From Gemmatimonadota bacterium (GTDB lineage: Bacteria > Gemmatimonadota > Gemmatimonadetes > Gemmatimonadales > GWC2-71-9): DNA of 64,000 nucleotides. Under the pieces are notes generated by a model, which saw only the letters and a list, made by a program, of their open reading frames with translations, was not told the DNA's origin and did not search any database. This document shows, piece after piece, positions 40,381 to 50,539 of this stretch. Both the position numbers and the translations under genes were made by a program. Where the stretch lies: the NCBI GenBank assembly GCA_036679605.1, contig JAZDCZ010000409.1, positions 32,001 through 96,000 on the forward strand, given 5' to 3'. How positions within the stretch are numbered: the first letter of the stretch is position 1; every line of letters begins with the position of its first letter.

Positions 40381-40800
40381 ATGAGTCGCGAGTACGAGAT
40401 CGTTTACATCTTCGGCAGTGCGCTCGAGGAGACCCAGGTCAACGAGCACCTGGAACGTTTCCACGAGCTTCTCAAGAACGCTGAAAACCCCGACCCAATA
40501 TCCGGCGTCAATCATTGGGGCAAGCGCACCCTGGCGTATCCGATCAAGAACGGGGAGCAAGGCTATTACGTGGTGGTCCGATTCGAGACGGATGCCACAC
40601 TGTTGCCCGAGTTCGAACGCGTGATCAAGCTGGAAGAGAGCGTCCTTCGGCATCTGATCGTGGTTAACGAGCGTGTGCCGATTACGCCGGTGGTCCAATC
40701 CGAATCCGCCGGTCAGCCGACAGACAAGACAGACAAGACGGACAAGCCTTCAGAAAATGAGCCTTCAGCGGAAGGAGGGTCTGATGGCACGCCGAAATAA
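40381..40800 (+). CDS. rpsF: 30S ribosomal protein S6
   Basis: [23 protein letters not shown]. Confidence 0.95.
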   Translation: MSREYEIVYIFGSALEETQVNEHLERFHELLKNAENPDPISGVNHWGKRTLAYPIKNGEQGYYVVVRFETDATLLPEFERVIKLEESVLRHLIVVNERVPITPVVQSESAGQPTDKTDKTDKPSENEPSAEGGSDGTPK

Positions 40801-41005
40801 GACTTGCCCCATCTGTGAAGCTGGCACGCGGTACGTCGATTACAAGGACGAACGTACACTGTCACGATTTACCACCGAGCGAGGCAAGATACTTCCCAGC
40901 AGGCTCTCCGGTATGTGTGCACGACATCAGAGACAGCTCTCTCGGGCGATCAAGCGCGCTCGCTACCTAGCTCTTCTTCCCTACATCAAGGGATTCGGCC
41001 GGTAA
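40784..41005 (+). CDS. rpsR: 30S ribosomal protein S18
   Basis: [39 protein letters not shown]. Confidence 0.96.
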   Translation: MARRNKTCPICEAGTRYVDYKDERTLSRFTTERGKILPSRLSGMCARHQRQLSRAIKRARYLALLPYIKGFGR

Positions 41006-41047
41006 AATGATCTCGCCGTCCTGCGGCGCGTGTGGGGACGGTAGGTC

Positions 41048-42001
41048 ATGAGCATCCGACGGTGGGCGCGGCAACAGGGGCCGCTGGTCGCAGCCGCGAT
41101 CCTCTTCCTTACCGTGGCGCCTCTTGCCCTAATCGCGCTTCCGCTCGCCGCCCTGTTGGTGATGTCGCCACCACGTTCTTCGCGAGCGACATTCGTAGCT
41201 GCCGTCGCTGGTGGATTCGGCTTAGCTTGGCTCGCTCAAACAGGTAATCTCCCTGACCAACTGGTACGCTCCGCCACCTTGATCGCAGCCACGGTCTTCG
41301 TGCTGTCCGCTCGGTACACGGCAGCCTCTGTAACGCACCGCGCGTTGATCGCAGTCATGACAGCCGCACTCGCGGTGGGCGGAATGTTGTTGACTTTGGG
41401 CTTGTCGTGGAGCGAACTGCGCTGGTGGGTGGGTCACCGGGTCGGATTCTTCGCAAGCCAAGTAATGGGTCTTGTCTGGCAGGGTGGAGGACCACAGACT
41501 ACTCCGGGCGGCCCGACGCCGCGAGAACTCGCGCAATGGGCGGATTTAACAGTGCGGCTCATGGCAAATTATTATCCGGCGATACTGGCGTTGGTGCTGA
41601 TGGCCGGCCTAGGTATCGCTACGGCAATCTACCATCGCGTGGCGGTGCGGCCATTTGGCACCTCAGTTGGGCGGCTACGAGAGTTTAGATTCTCCGAACA
41701 CATCGGTTGGCTCGCCGTAGTACCACTCATCGTGGTGTTGATTCCGAAGCTGGTCGCTGTGAAGATCAGCGCGATTAACATTCTGGTGGTCACCGGCACT
41801 CTGTATGCACTGCGAGGCATAGCAGTAGCAGCATTCGGACTCCAGATGTTTGCCGGAGCGAGCGGTCTGTTGACCGCATTCGTGGTTGTTGCCGCGATTC
41901 TCTTGTTGCCCGTGGCGTTCGGGGGGGCCATTCTTCTCGGGGTTGTCGACGCGGGCCTGGACCTTAGACGGCGGTGGACGACACCGCCAGCGAGTACTTG
42001 A
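41048..42001 (+). CDS. YybS/DUF2232-like membrane protein
   Basis: Polytopic; C-terminal LGVVDAGLDLRRR; lies between rpsR and rplI. Confidence 0.75.
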   Translation: MSIRRWARQQGPLVAAAILFLTVAPLALIALPLAALLVMSPPRSSRATFVAAVAGGFGLAWLAQTGNLPDQLVRSATLIAATVFVLSARYTAASVTHRALIAVMTAALAVGGMLLTLGLSWSELRWWVGHRVGFFASQVMGLVWQGGGPQTTPGGPTPRELAQWADLTVRLMANYYPAILALVLMAGLGIATAIYHRVAVRPFGTSVGRLREFRFSEHIGWLAVVPLIVVLIPKLVAVKISAINILVVTGTLYALRGIAVAAFGLQMFAGASGLLTAFVVVAAILLLPVAFGGAILLGVVDAGLDLRRRWTTPPAST

Positions 42002-42005
42002 GCTT

Positions 42006-42458
42006 ATGGAAGTGATACTTAGACAGACAATCGACAAATTGGGGCTGGCCGGCGAACTCGTGAAAGTCAAGAACGGTTACGCCCGCAACTACCTGATCCC
42101 GCACGGACTCGCCTATGCTGCCACAGCCGCCAACAAACGCAAGTTGGCGGCGGAGACTGAGCGCTATGCCTCTCAACGCCTAGCAGAACGTGCGGACGCC
42201 GATGGACTCGCGGAGAAGTTGAGTGGAGTTTCGGTCGAATTTGTTGTGAAGGCCGGAGAGGGTGACAAGTTGTTTGGGTCGATAACATCCTCTGATATTG
42301 CCGCTTCCCTGTCCGAACGTGGCTTCAATATCGACAAGCGCATCATTGTTCTGCCCGAGCCGATCAAGGCGATAGGGATCTACAAGGTTGCTATCCGACT
42401 CCACCCCGACGTCCATCCTGAAATTCGTGTGTGGGTCGTCAAGGAAGAGAGTGACTAG
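42006..42458 (+). CDS. rplI: 50S ribosomal protein L9
   Basis: MEVIL..KLG..G..VKVKNGYARNYLIP; KLFGSIT. Confidence 0.96.
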   Translation: MEVILRQTIDKLGLAGELVKVKNGYARNYLIPHGLAYAATAANKRKLAAETERYASQRLAERADADGLAEKLSGVSVEFVVKAGEGDKLFGSITSSDIAASLSERGFNIDKRIIVLPEPIKAIGIYKVAIRLHPDVHPEIRVWVVKEESD

Positions 42459-44259
42459 CGTTCCCATTGGGATTGCTTACCTAGACGGCCCGCGGCTCAG
42501 GTCGTCGTTGTTGGCCGCAGCCGACTGGGTCGATGCCGGGAGGGAAGAACTCAATCGCATCAATGTTTTTCCCGTACCTGACGGCGATACCGGTACCAAT
42601 TTCGCCGCCACTTTGAGAACCGTAGCCGAGACCCTGCGGACCATCGGCCCCAAACCACTTCCCGTAATTACCACGACAATGGCTCAGACCTGTGTTCTAG
42701 CCGCACGCGGCAACTCGGGGATGCTTCTGTCGCAGTTCCTCCTAGGATTTCGGGAATCACTCGCCGGACTCACGAGTGCGCGTGCAGATGAGGTGGCACA
42801 TGCTATCAAGGCCGGTTCTGATCGACTATTCAAAGCATTAGACGATCCGGTTGAGGGAACCATCATCACCATCGCACGTGAAGCGGCGGACGAGGCGGAA
42901 TTAGCCGCTCAGGAGACGACCAACTTCGCAGACTTGATGCACCGTGTTCTCGACAGAGCCCAGGCTGCGCTTAAGCGAACCCCCGAACTACTCGAGGTTC
43001 TCAGGGAGGCTGGGGTGGTCGACGCGGGAGGTAAGGCTTTCGTACGCGTACTGGAAGGCATTGTGCGACTGATAGACGGAGATCCTATCAAAGGCCAGGC
43101 GGAGCCGACGCCTTGGACAGGACCCAACCCAGCGGCCATGGCTGCGGTTGCTGTCGAGCGCGACTTCCATTTCTGTACCGAGGTGCTGGTACGTGGCACG
43201 CGCTTTCCGGCCAGCACTGAAATCCGGTCTCTACTAAGACCTATTGGGGGCTCGATCGTAGTGATCAGCAGTGATGACCTCTTGAAGGTGCATATACACA
43301 CCGACGCCCCGGATGCCGTCTTCAGTATCGCAGAGAAGTGGGGCACCATCGAGAGCACAAAGGCCGAGGACATGCGCCAGCAACACCTCGACTTGCATCG
43401 GAATAAACGCAGCATTGCTCTGGTGGTAGACTCTTCGTGCGATCTACCAGACGAAATTATCGACCGGTACGGGATGGTTGTGGTGCCGCATCAGGTCTGC
43501 ATCGGACCCCAAGCGTTTCTTGACCGGGTGGAGATCGAAGGCCCGGAACTGTACTCGCGCATGAAGCGCGGAGGCGAGGTCTTTTCGACGTCGCAACCGA
43601 CTCCAGCAGCGTTCCAGCAGGCGTTTAGCGACGCGTGTTCCAGCGCCGACGACGTTATAGGGGTATTCGTATCCGGTGCGTTGTCCGGCGCTCACTCCTC
43701 AGCCCAAGCCACCATCAACAGAGCCGCAATCCGCAGAGTTACCGTGGTGGACTCGAAAACGATCTCTTTGGGGTTGGGGATGCTCGCGCTACGGGCAGCG
43801 GAGTTAGTCGACGAAGGACTGTCGGTGGAGGAGATCACGATCGAACTGCAACGCGTGCGCAACAACTCTGGAGGTTTCTTCACTGTAGATACTTTTGAAA
43901 ATTTGTTGCGCTCTGGTCGCGTGAGCCGTGGGCGAGCGTGGCTGGGCAGTCTGTTGGACATCAAACCGATACTGGAGCTGGACCGCGAGGGCAGAATCGT
44001 CCCGTATGACCGCGTCCGCGGTCGCGACGGCTTGGTACCCAGAGTCCTCCAGCACTTGGATCGCTGCCTAATACCGCAGCCAGAGCGCCTGAGAATGGGA
44101 GTGGTCCACGCCGGTGCCCCCGACATCGCGGAGGAGGTTCGGTCAGCGCTCGTAGCAAAGTATGCGCCGCAGACATGTCTCGTGGAACACGTTACCGCCG
44201 CTATCGGGGTTCACACGGGACCCGGCGCGTGGGGTATATTTTATCAGATTGAGGACTGA
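42451..44259 (+). CDS. DAK2-DegV fusion (fatty acid kinase FakA-FakB-like)
   Basis: LNRINVFPVPDGDTGTN, ARGNSG, VVDAGG, KVHIHT; then DegV motifs DSSCDLP, TSQP, SGALSG, VHTGPG. Confidence 0.9.
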   Translation: MTSVPIGIAYLDGPRLRSSLLAAADWVDAGREELNRINVFPVPDGDTGTNFAATLRTVAETLRTIGPKPLPVITTTMAQTCVLAARGNSGMLLSQFLLGFRESLAGLTSARADEVAHAIKAGSDRLFKALDDPVEGTIITIAREAADEAELAAQETTNFADLMHRVLDRAQAALKRTPELLEVLREAGVVDAGGKAFVRVLEGIVRLIDGDPIKGQAEPTPWTGPNPAAMAAVAVERDFHFCTEVLVRGTRFPASTEIRSLLRPIGGSIVVISSDDLLKVHIHTDAPDAVFSIAEKWGTIESTKAEDMRQQHLDLHRNKRSIALVVDSSCDLPDEIIDRYGMVVVPHQVCIGPQAFLDRVEIEGPELYSRMKRGGEVFSTSQPTPAAFQQAFSDACSSADDVIGVFVSGALSGAHSSAQATINRAAIRRVTVVDSKTISLGLGMLALRAAELVDEGLSVEEITIELQRVRNNSGGFFTVDTFENLLRSGRVSRGRAWLGSLLDIKPILELDREGRIVPYDRVRGRDGLVPRVLQHLDRCLIPQPERLRMGVVHAGAPDIAEEVRSALVAKYAPQTCLVEHVTAAIGVHTGPGAWGIFYQIED

Positions 44260-44656
44260 GAACTCTGTACGTGGATCAGACGCTGCGCGGGCTAGCCATC
44301 TGAAGGAAAGCGCAAGCCGAGCGCGCCACGACGGCATTGAGCTGGCCGTGAACGCTCTAGACGAGCACAAGGCAACGAATGTTGTGGTTCTTGATCTGCG
44401 GAATCTCTGCGACGCAACCGACTATTTCATTGTGGCATCCGGCTCGTCCGACACGCACGTAAGGGCCCTTGCCAATAGAGTCCGCAACGCCTTGGACAGT
44501 GCAGGCCGTAAAGCACACCATATCGAAGGACTCGGTTCTGGTCGCTGGGTATTATTGGACTACGTGGAGTTCGTCGTCCACATATTCCACCCTACGCTTC
44601 GACAATTCTATAGGTTGGAGAGACTCTGGGCCGACGCGCCCACCGTCTCAGGATAG
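44249..44656 (+). CDS. rsfS: Ribosome silencing factor (start uncertain)
   Basis: KATNVVVLDL, DYFIVASG, WVLLDY, RQFYRLERLW. Confidence 0.92.
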   Translation: MRTENSVRGSDAARASHLKESASRARHDGIELAVNALDEHKATNVVVLDLRNLCDATDYFIVASGSSDTHVRALANRVRNALDSAGRKAHHIEGLGSGRWVLLDYVEFVVHIFHPTLRQFYRLERLWADAPTVSG

Positions 44657-44676
44657 CTTCCCCTATCCGGAGCAAT

Positions 44677-46125
44677 ATGCATCGCTTCATTATGCTCGGC
44701 ACGCACCACACTCGGAGTTCTCGCTGCATCCTCCTACTCCTCCTGGCCTCTATGGGGTGCGGACAGGACGGCGACCTTGACCCGCTGAGGCAGGGCGTCG
44801 CAAACGTAGGGAGCAACGAGGACGCCGGCACGTCAGTGGTGTTTCGGATGCCCCAGGGTGGGGGAGATGCCAAACTATACCGACTGCCCGAGATGATCGA
44901 GGTCTCCTGGCAGTTTGACGCTGGTAACCGATCTGTCGGCAGCATAGTCGGATTCGCTAGTGACGACGACCTCATATTTTCGTTGGTCGGTCCCGATTCG
45001 GCAGGCGGGTTCGATCTAGTCGGGTTGGATCTGGTAACTGGACGCACACGGACTGTGGACACGAACGTGGCATTGGCGACGGTAGGTCCCACCGGCCGTG
45101 CCTACGTGGTGGGGACTGACCGGACAATTGGGGAAGTAGACCAGAGCGGCAGAATCGAGGAATGGGGCGACACGCTCCTTCAAGCCCCAACAAAGATCTG
45201 GGGAGCCCAACGCAATCGGATCGTAGCAACCACGTCCGACAGCAGCCGAGAGCTACTCTTGCTCTCCCAAGGCCAGACTCCTATTCGACAACAGATTCCG
45301 ATCGGACCCATCACGATATCCAAGTGGGGCCGCTTTGTTGTGGTCGCCACCGACTCAGGATTAGCGACATTTGATCCACTGGAACCGGCTAGCACTGGCT
45401 TCGTGCCCCTGGCGCCAAGCCCCAACCACGTCATCCTGTCACCATCAGGACACTTGATATATGCCGTCAAAGACAAGCGACACCTAGTTTCCGTCGAACG
45501 GTTCCACACTGACGTTCGCCGCGAACTTCAGCTGCCGGGACCCGTTGGCGATCTGCGCATGGGTCCACTGGGCCGCATCCTTTTGGCCCAGAGCGCAGTG
45601 GCGGATTCCACGTGGATCATAGATCTCACAAAACTGCGGATGGTGAAGACGGTGCCCGGCAGCTGGGACGACGACTTACCGGCTGTGGCCCCGGACGGGA
45701 GCGTTCTGACCCGTCTGGGAGAGACGGTGGTGACCCTTGCGACGGGGACATTCGAACCCATGGAATCTGTGACGGCCTCGGCCAAGGATCGGTGGATAGT
45801 CACAAGATGGGATCCTCGAAGACCGGCCTTGGAGTTGGCCAGCGACAGCGCCGAGACGACGGAGCAACCCAATCAGATCATGTACGTCCAGGTGAGCAGC
45901 TCGCGTAACCCCGCCTGGGCAGATGACCTTGCCCGAGAGCTACGTGATGCCGGCATGGATGCCAGCGTGCTCCGGCCGGACTCGACTGACTTCTCGGTGG
46001 ATGAGCTATATCGTGTCGTTCTCGGACCCTACACCAGCCGGGATGAAGCGGAGGGCGAAGGACGAAAGTTAGGTCGGTCCTTCTTTATCATCACGCGCGA
46101 AATCCTCCGGCCAGAGATCCATTGA
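44677..46125 (+). CDS. Lipoprotein with beta-propeller-like region and C-terminal SPOR domain
   Basis: SMGC lipobox; YVQVSS..A..LA..L; YRVVLGPY. Confidence 0.78.
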   Translation: MHRFIMLGTHHTRSSRCILLLLLASMGCGQDGDLDPLRQGVANVGSNEDAGTSVVFRMPQGGGDAKLYRLPEMIEVSWQFDAGNRSVGSIVGFASDDDLIFSLVGPDSAGGFDLVGLDLVTGRTRTVDTNVALATVGPTGRAYVVGTDRTIGEVDQSGRIEEWGDTLLQAPTKIWGAQRNRIVATTSDSSRELLLLSQGQTPIRQQIPIGPITISKWGRFVVVATDSGLATFDPLEPASTGFVPLAPSPNHVILSPSGHLIYAVKDKRHLVSVERFHTDVRRELQLPGPVGDLRMGPLGRILLAQSAVADSTWIIDLTKLRMVKTVPGSWDDDLPAVAPDGSVLTRLGETVVTLATGTFEPMESVTASAKDRWIVTRWDPRRPALELASDSAETTEQPNQIMYVQVSSSRNPAWADDLARELRDAGMDASVLRPDSTDFSVDELYRVVLGPYTSRDEAEGEGRKLGRSFFIITREILRPEIH

Positions 46126-46258
46126 CAGGGGCAAGTAACAGGACAGAACTGGGGACTACATCAATTCCGTATCACAGCATTACATTCTCTTGGTGCATTA
46201 GGGTCTCGAGGGGCCCAACGCATCTCCCAAACTCTCGTATCACGGACAGGTAACGATT

Positions 46259-49200
46259 ATGCAGCTAACCCGGCTCGAGTTGTCGGGCTTCAAATCGTTT
46301 GCGGACAAGGCAGAACTACCGTTTGAAACCGGTGTCACCGCCATCGTCGGGCCAAACGGATGCGGTAAGTCAAATATCTCGGACGCCGTTCGATGGGTGC
46401 TGGGCGAGCAACGCGTGCGACTGCTCAGGGGAGCCAAGATGGAAGAGGTGATCTTCCAAGGATCTTCGAAGCGGAAGCCGACGAACATCACTGAAGTATC
46501 GCTCTATCTGGACAATAGCGACGATACTTTGGCGATCGCCTTCCAAGAGGTGGTGGTAACCCGCCGCCTCTCTCGCAACGGTCAGAGTGACTATCTCATC
46601 AACGGTTCACCGGTGCGGTTGCGTGATGTACAAGACCTTCTAAAGGGAACTGGACTGGGAAGCGACGTAGGTGTCGTCATCGAAGCCCAAATGATCGATC
46701 GGCTACTCTCGGATAGTCCCAACGAACGGCGATCACTATTCGAGGAGGCCGCCGGCATCAGCTTCTACAGGGATCGCAAGACAAGCACCGAACGGAGATT
46801 GGAAAAGACAGCGGACGATCTTCAACGGCTTGATGATCTGATTGGTGAAGTCCAGACGCAGGTCCGTAGTCTCGCCCGTCAAAAGGGCAAAGCCGAGCGC
46901 CATCACAAGTTCACCGACGAACTCATGTCCGTCGTGGCAACCGTCACTCGGTACGATCTGGCTCGCATGGACGAGACCGGTGAGAAACTTCGGGTCCGCC
47001 ATGACGAGCTGTCCAGCGAGGCTCCGAAGGGACGCAGTCGGTTGAGTGAGTTGGAACGAGAGCGGGATGCTGCAAGCCAGGCACGTACGACGGCTGAGGT
47101 CAGCCGCACGGAGATGGAGCGTCGATCCGCCGAGGTTCGGGTAGAAATAGAACGTATGGAGGGCGACCTGAACCTCGCTTCTGAGCGGATCGAGAATGCC
47201 GCAGAGCAGCGCAACCGGGCCATCAGCGAGCAGCAACTTGCACGCGAGCGAGCGGCACGGGCCGAGCGTGAACGCGAGGCGGCCGCCACAGAACGGTCTG
47301 CAGCACACAAAGCGAGACAGTCAGTACAAACAGAACTGGACCTTCGTTCGAGCACCGAGGAGGAACTGCACGGACAACTGGCGGATCAACGCAACCAGGT
47401 CCGGGAACTCGAGAACTCGAGTCAACTCCAAGCTGAGACCTCTAGATCCCTGCTGGGCGAACGAGACGCGCTTCAGCATGAGCTGGAAACTTTAAGACCA
47501 CGCGCAAAACAAGCCGAAGAGCAACGCCGCGACATCGCCCGCGAAGTAGACGTGTGCCGCACCGAAGTCGAGAAAGCTGGCAAGGAACTGGAAGTTCGGC
47601 GCCGGAGCCATCATGCCACCACGACGGAACTCGAACGTGCACGGCACAATCTCGCTGCTGCCAGGGCTCATGAAGCCGCGGTGCAGGTCGAGCTGCGCGC
47701 GGAGGAAGAAAAGGGAGCCCTTCTTCGCGCTCGGCGAGAGGCGCTCGAGGCGCTCGAGCGTGACCGGGAGGGTCTGGCCCCGGGCGCGCACGCCCTGTTG
47801 GAACAGCAGGATCACTTTGCATCAGGCTCTATTCTGGGTCCCTTGAGCGACTATGTCACCGTATCCGAAGCCGGGGCGCAGGAGGTGGAGCAACTACTGG
47901 GAGAATGGCTGCACGCCGTCCTAGTTCGCGACGAGAGCGCTGTGAAAGAAATCATGGCATGGCATGCCAGCACGCAGCCCGGTCCTCTCGCCCTCCTTCC
48001 GGTAACTCCGGGACCAAGTGAGGTGAGCGGGGCGACATCCAGCGTCCACCTCACGATGGCAGCACCAGCCGAGCCTTGGGGGCAATCGCTACTCGCTGCT
48101 TCGGGTGCGGTGGTCGGCAGCGGCGGTGCCATACGGAGAATCAACGGCGCAGTGTTTCTGCCGAGCGCAGAGACGAAAGGTCCCCTGAGCCGGAGAGCCG
48201 AACTCGATACGTTGGTTCTTGCCCTACACGATTCGGAACAGTCGATCGAGAAACTCAAGCACAGTAGCCAAACCTCAGAGAAAGCGCACCTGGACGCCGT
48301 CGGTGCCCTGGACTCCGCGACCGCGACAGTGGAACGCGAGGGCGGCGCACTGCGGGAGGCGCAGGGCAAGAGCGACGACGCCGGCCGGCTGCTCAACAGA
48401 AGCGAGCTAGAGCTGGCCGAGGTTGAGGAATCCTTGGGGCAAGTAACTCTGAGGATCGATGAGCGCTCGCAAAGGCTTCAGGAAGTCGATACCGGACTGC
48501 TAGCAGCTCAGCAGAAAACAACGGAGTTGGCGGGAGCACTCGAGCGACAGAGGAACGCGCTCGCAGAGTTAGAGTTAGCACAGGAAGCGGCACGCGAGCG
48601 CCTGGTGCATTGGCAGGTCGAAGAGGCTCAGGTTGCCGCACGGGAGCGGGCGGCTGGGGAGCGAGAGACGAGAGCTGAAGAGGCCCTGACCCATACCCGG
48701 AGCGAGATTTCTGGGTTGGAGGAAGAAGTCACCCGCATCGAGGGTGATACGAGGGAGTTCTCCGAGCGGCGTACTGGCTGGCAAGATACTCTCGAAGAGA
48801 AGAGACTCACGCTCAAGGAACTGCAAACCGCCGCTCAACAAGCTGAACAATCACTTACCAACGCGGTGGAAGCGCTGGCCACGACTGACGAAACTCTGGC
48901 GACCGTGCGGGTGGAGCTAGAACAACTGAACGAAGAAACACACCGGATCGATCTCGAACTCACCGAGTCGGCGGGGCTACGCCGGGCTTTGGTAGAACGG
49001 GTTGAGGCCGAGTGGCGTAAGCCGTTAGCTGAACTGCTCGAGTCCGCCGATTCGATCGATGGCGCACCGGAGGAGTTGCGGCAGCAGGCCGAACACCTTG
49101 CCGCTGCCATAGACGCGATGGGACCTGTGAACCCCCTCGCGATGCAGGAACATACGGAAGAGGTCACGCGCCTGGAGTTCCTACAGGGACAGCGCACCGA

Positions 49201-49732
49201 CCTGGTAGATGCCAGAAAGGGACTTCTTCAGGCACTGCAGGAACTCGACGCGACCGCAAAAGGACTGTTTACGGAGACTTTCGCCAAGATTCGCGAGAAT
49301 TTTCATTCCGTTTTTCGGACGCTATTCGAGGGAGGAGAGTGTGATGTTCGGCTTTTCGACGAGAGGGACCCCTTAGAAAGCGCGATTGATATTTATGCAG
49401 CACCTCGTGGAAAACGAACCCAGCGCATTCACCTGCTATCTTCCGGTGAGCGTGCTCTCGTAGCTCTTTCACTCCTGTTTGCGATCTACCTCACCAAACC
49501 GGCTCCGTTCTGCCTCCTGGACGAAGTTGACGCTCCACTCGACGACGCGAACGTCACCAGGTTCGTAAGGTTGCTCGACGAGTTCAAAGAGGACACTCAG
49601 TTCCTCGTTATTACACATAATCCGCGCACCATGCAGGTCGCGGATGCAGTGTTCGGTATCACGATGCAGGAACCGGGTGTGTCCACGCTCGTAGGTGTGC
49701 GCCTTGGTGAGACCCAAACAATGGCTCTTTGA
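46259..49732 (+). CDS. smc: Chromosome segregation protein SMC
   Basis: GFKSF, GPNGCGKSN, coiled coils with hinge, LSSGE, LLDEVDAPLD, ITH. Confidence 0.96.
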   Translation: MQLTRLELSGFKSFADKAELPFETGVTAIVGPNGCGKSNISDAVRWVLGEQRVRLLRGAKMEEVIFQGSSKRKPTNITEVSLYLDNSDDTLAIAFQEVVVTRRLSRNGQSDYLINGSPVRLRDVQDLLKGTGLGSDVGVVIEAQMIDRLLSDSPNERRSLFEEAAGISFYRDRKTSTERRLEKTADDLQRLDDLIGEVQTQVRSLARQKGKAERHHKFTDELMSVVATVTRYDLARMDETGEKLRVRHDELSSEAPKGRSRLSELERERDAASQARTTAEVSRTEMERRSAEVRVEIERMEGDLNLASERIENAAEQRNRAISEQQLARERAARAEREREAAATERSAAHKARQSVQTELDLRSSTEEELHGQLADQRNQVRELENSSQLQAETSRSLLGERDALQHELETLRPRAKQAEEQRRDIAREVDVCRTEVEKAGKELEVRRRSHHATTTELERARHNLAAARAHEAAVQVELRAEEEKGALLRARREALEALERDREGLAPGAHALLEQQDHFASGSILGPLSDYVTVSEAGAQEVEQLLGEWLHAVLVRDESAVKEIMAWHASTQPGPLALLPVTPGPSEVSGATSSVHLTMAAPAEPWGQSLLAASGAVVGSGGAIRRINGAVFLPSAETKGPLSRRAELDTLVLALHDSEQSIEKLKHSSQTSEKAHLDAVGALDSATATVEREGGALREAQGKSDDAGRLLNRSELELAEVEESLGQVTLRIDERSQRLQEVDTGLLAAQQKTTELAGALERQRNALAELELAQEAARERLVHWQVEEAQVAARERAAGERETRAEEALTHTRSEISGLEEEVTRIEGDTREFSERRTGWQDTLEEKRLTLKELQTAAQQAEQSLTNAVEALATTDETLATVRVELEQLNEETHRIDLELTESAGLRRALVERVEAEWRKPLAELLESADSIDGAPEELRQQAEHLAAAIDAMGPVNPLAMQEHTEEVTRLEFLQGQRTDLVDARKGLLQALQELDATAKGLFTETFAKIRENFHSVFRTLFEGGECDVRLFDERDPLESAIDIYAAPRGKRTQRIHLLSSGERALVALSLLFAIYLTKPAPFCLLDEVDAPLDDANVTRFVRLLDEFKEDTQFLVITHNPRTMQVADAVFGITMQEPGVSTLVGVRLGETQTMAL

Positions 49733-49765
49733 GAACTCCCAGCGAGTTATTGGTGGCGCGATAGG

Positions 49766-50539
49766 ATGGACTTGGTCGTGATAGGAAGTGGCACTATCGC
49801 GCCGTCAAGCACTCGGGTAGCGCCCTGCTACTGGGTGGGTGCAGGAGAAATCACGTTGTTGCTCGACTGCGGAGCCGGCACCCTGCATCGGGCTGCCGAG
49901 TTGGGCATTCCGTGGTCCGAAATATCGTGCGTCGCAATTACCCACTTTCATGTGGATCACTGGGGCGAGCTGCCCGCGCTACTCTTCGCTCTCCGATGGG
50001 GCATTGAGCCCGCTCGCACCGCACCGCTCAGATTGGTCGGGCCGCCCGGGTTCAGCACCAGACTAACCATGCTCGCCGCGGCCTTAGGAGACTGGGTACT
50101 CAGCCCAGGATACCCTCTGCAAGTCGATGAAATCAAGCCGAAAGAAGTGATCACACTCGCGGGCGATGTCTCGCTGGAGGCTTTCAAGACACCCCACACG
50201 GCCGAGAGCCTTGCCTACGCTGTAACGGAGGGTGAGGTACGGCTGGTATATACCGGCGATACGGGTCCGTCCGATGCCTTAGCCGAATGGGCCCATAGCT
50301 GCGACCTCCTCCTCGCAGAATGCTCGCTACCTGATGACCGCGCCATCGACATACATTTAAGTCCTACTCAGGCCGGTAGTCTTGGACGTGCAGCAAACGC
50401 TCGCGAGCTTGTGCTGACCCATTTCTATCCGGTGTATGGAGATTTGGACCCAGGCGATGCCGCGGTGCGTGCGTTCGGAGAACCAGTGACGATTGCGCGC
50501 GATGGAGACCGGTTTCACATAGGAATTGACCGATGCTAA
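49766..50539 (+). CDS. MBL-fold hydrolase, RNase Z-like
   Basis: LLDCG, THFHVDH, YTGDT, LVLTH. Confidence 0.85.
   Translation: MDLVVIGSGTIAPSSTRVAPCYWVGAGEITLLLDCGAGTLHRAAELGIPWSEISCVAITHFHVDHWGELPALLFALRWGIEPARTAPLRLVGPPGFSTRLTMLAAALGDWVLSPGYPLQVDEIKPKEVITLAGDVSLEAFKTPHTAESLAYAVTEGEVRLVYTGDTGPSDALAEWAHSCDLLLAECSLPDDRAIDIHLSPTQAGSLGRAANARELVLTHFYPVYGDLDPGDAAVRAFGEPVTIARDGDRFHIGIDRC

Noticed and set aside
40720..40746. 9-bp repeat (TDK x3) in the rpsF tail
   Set aside because: In-frame low-complexity tail, not a CRISPR or regulatory repeat.
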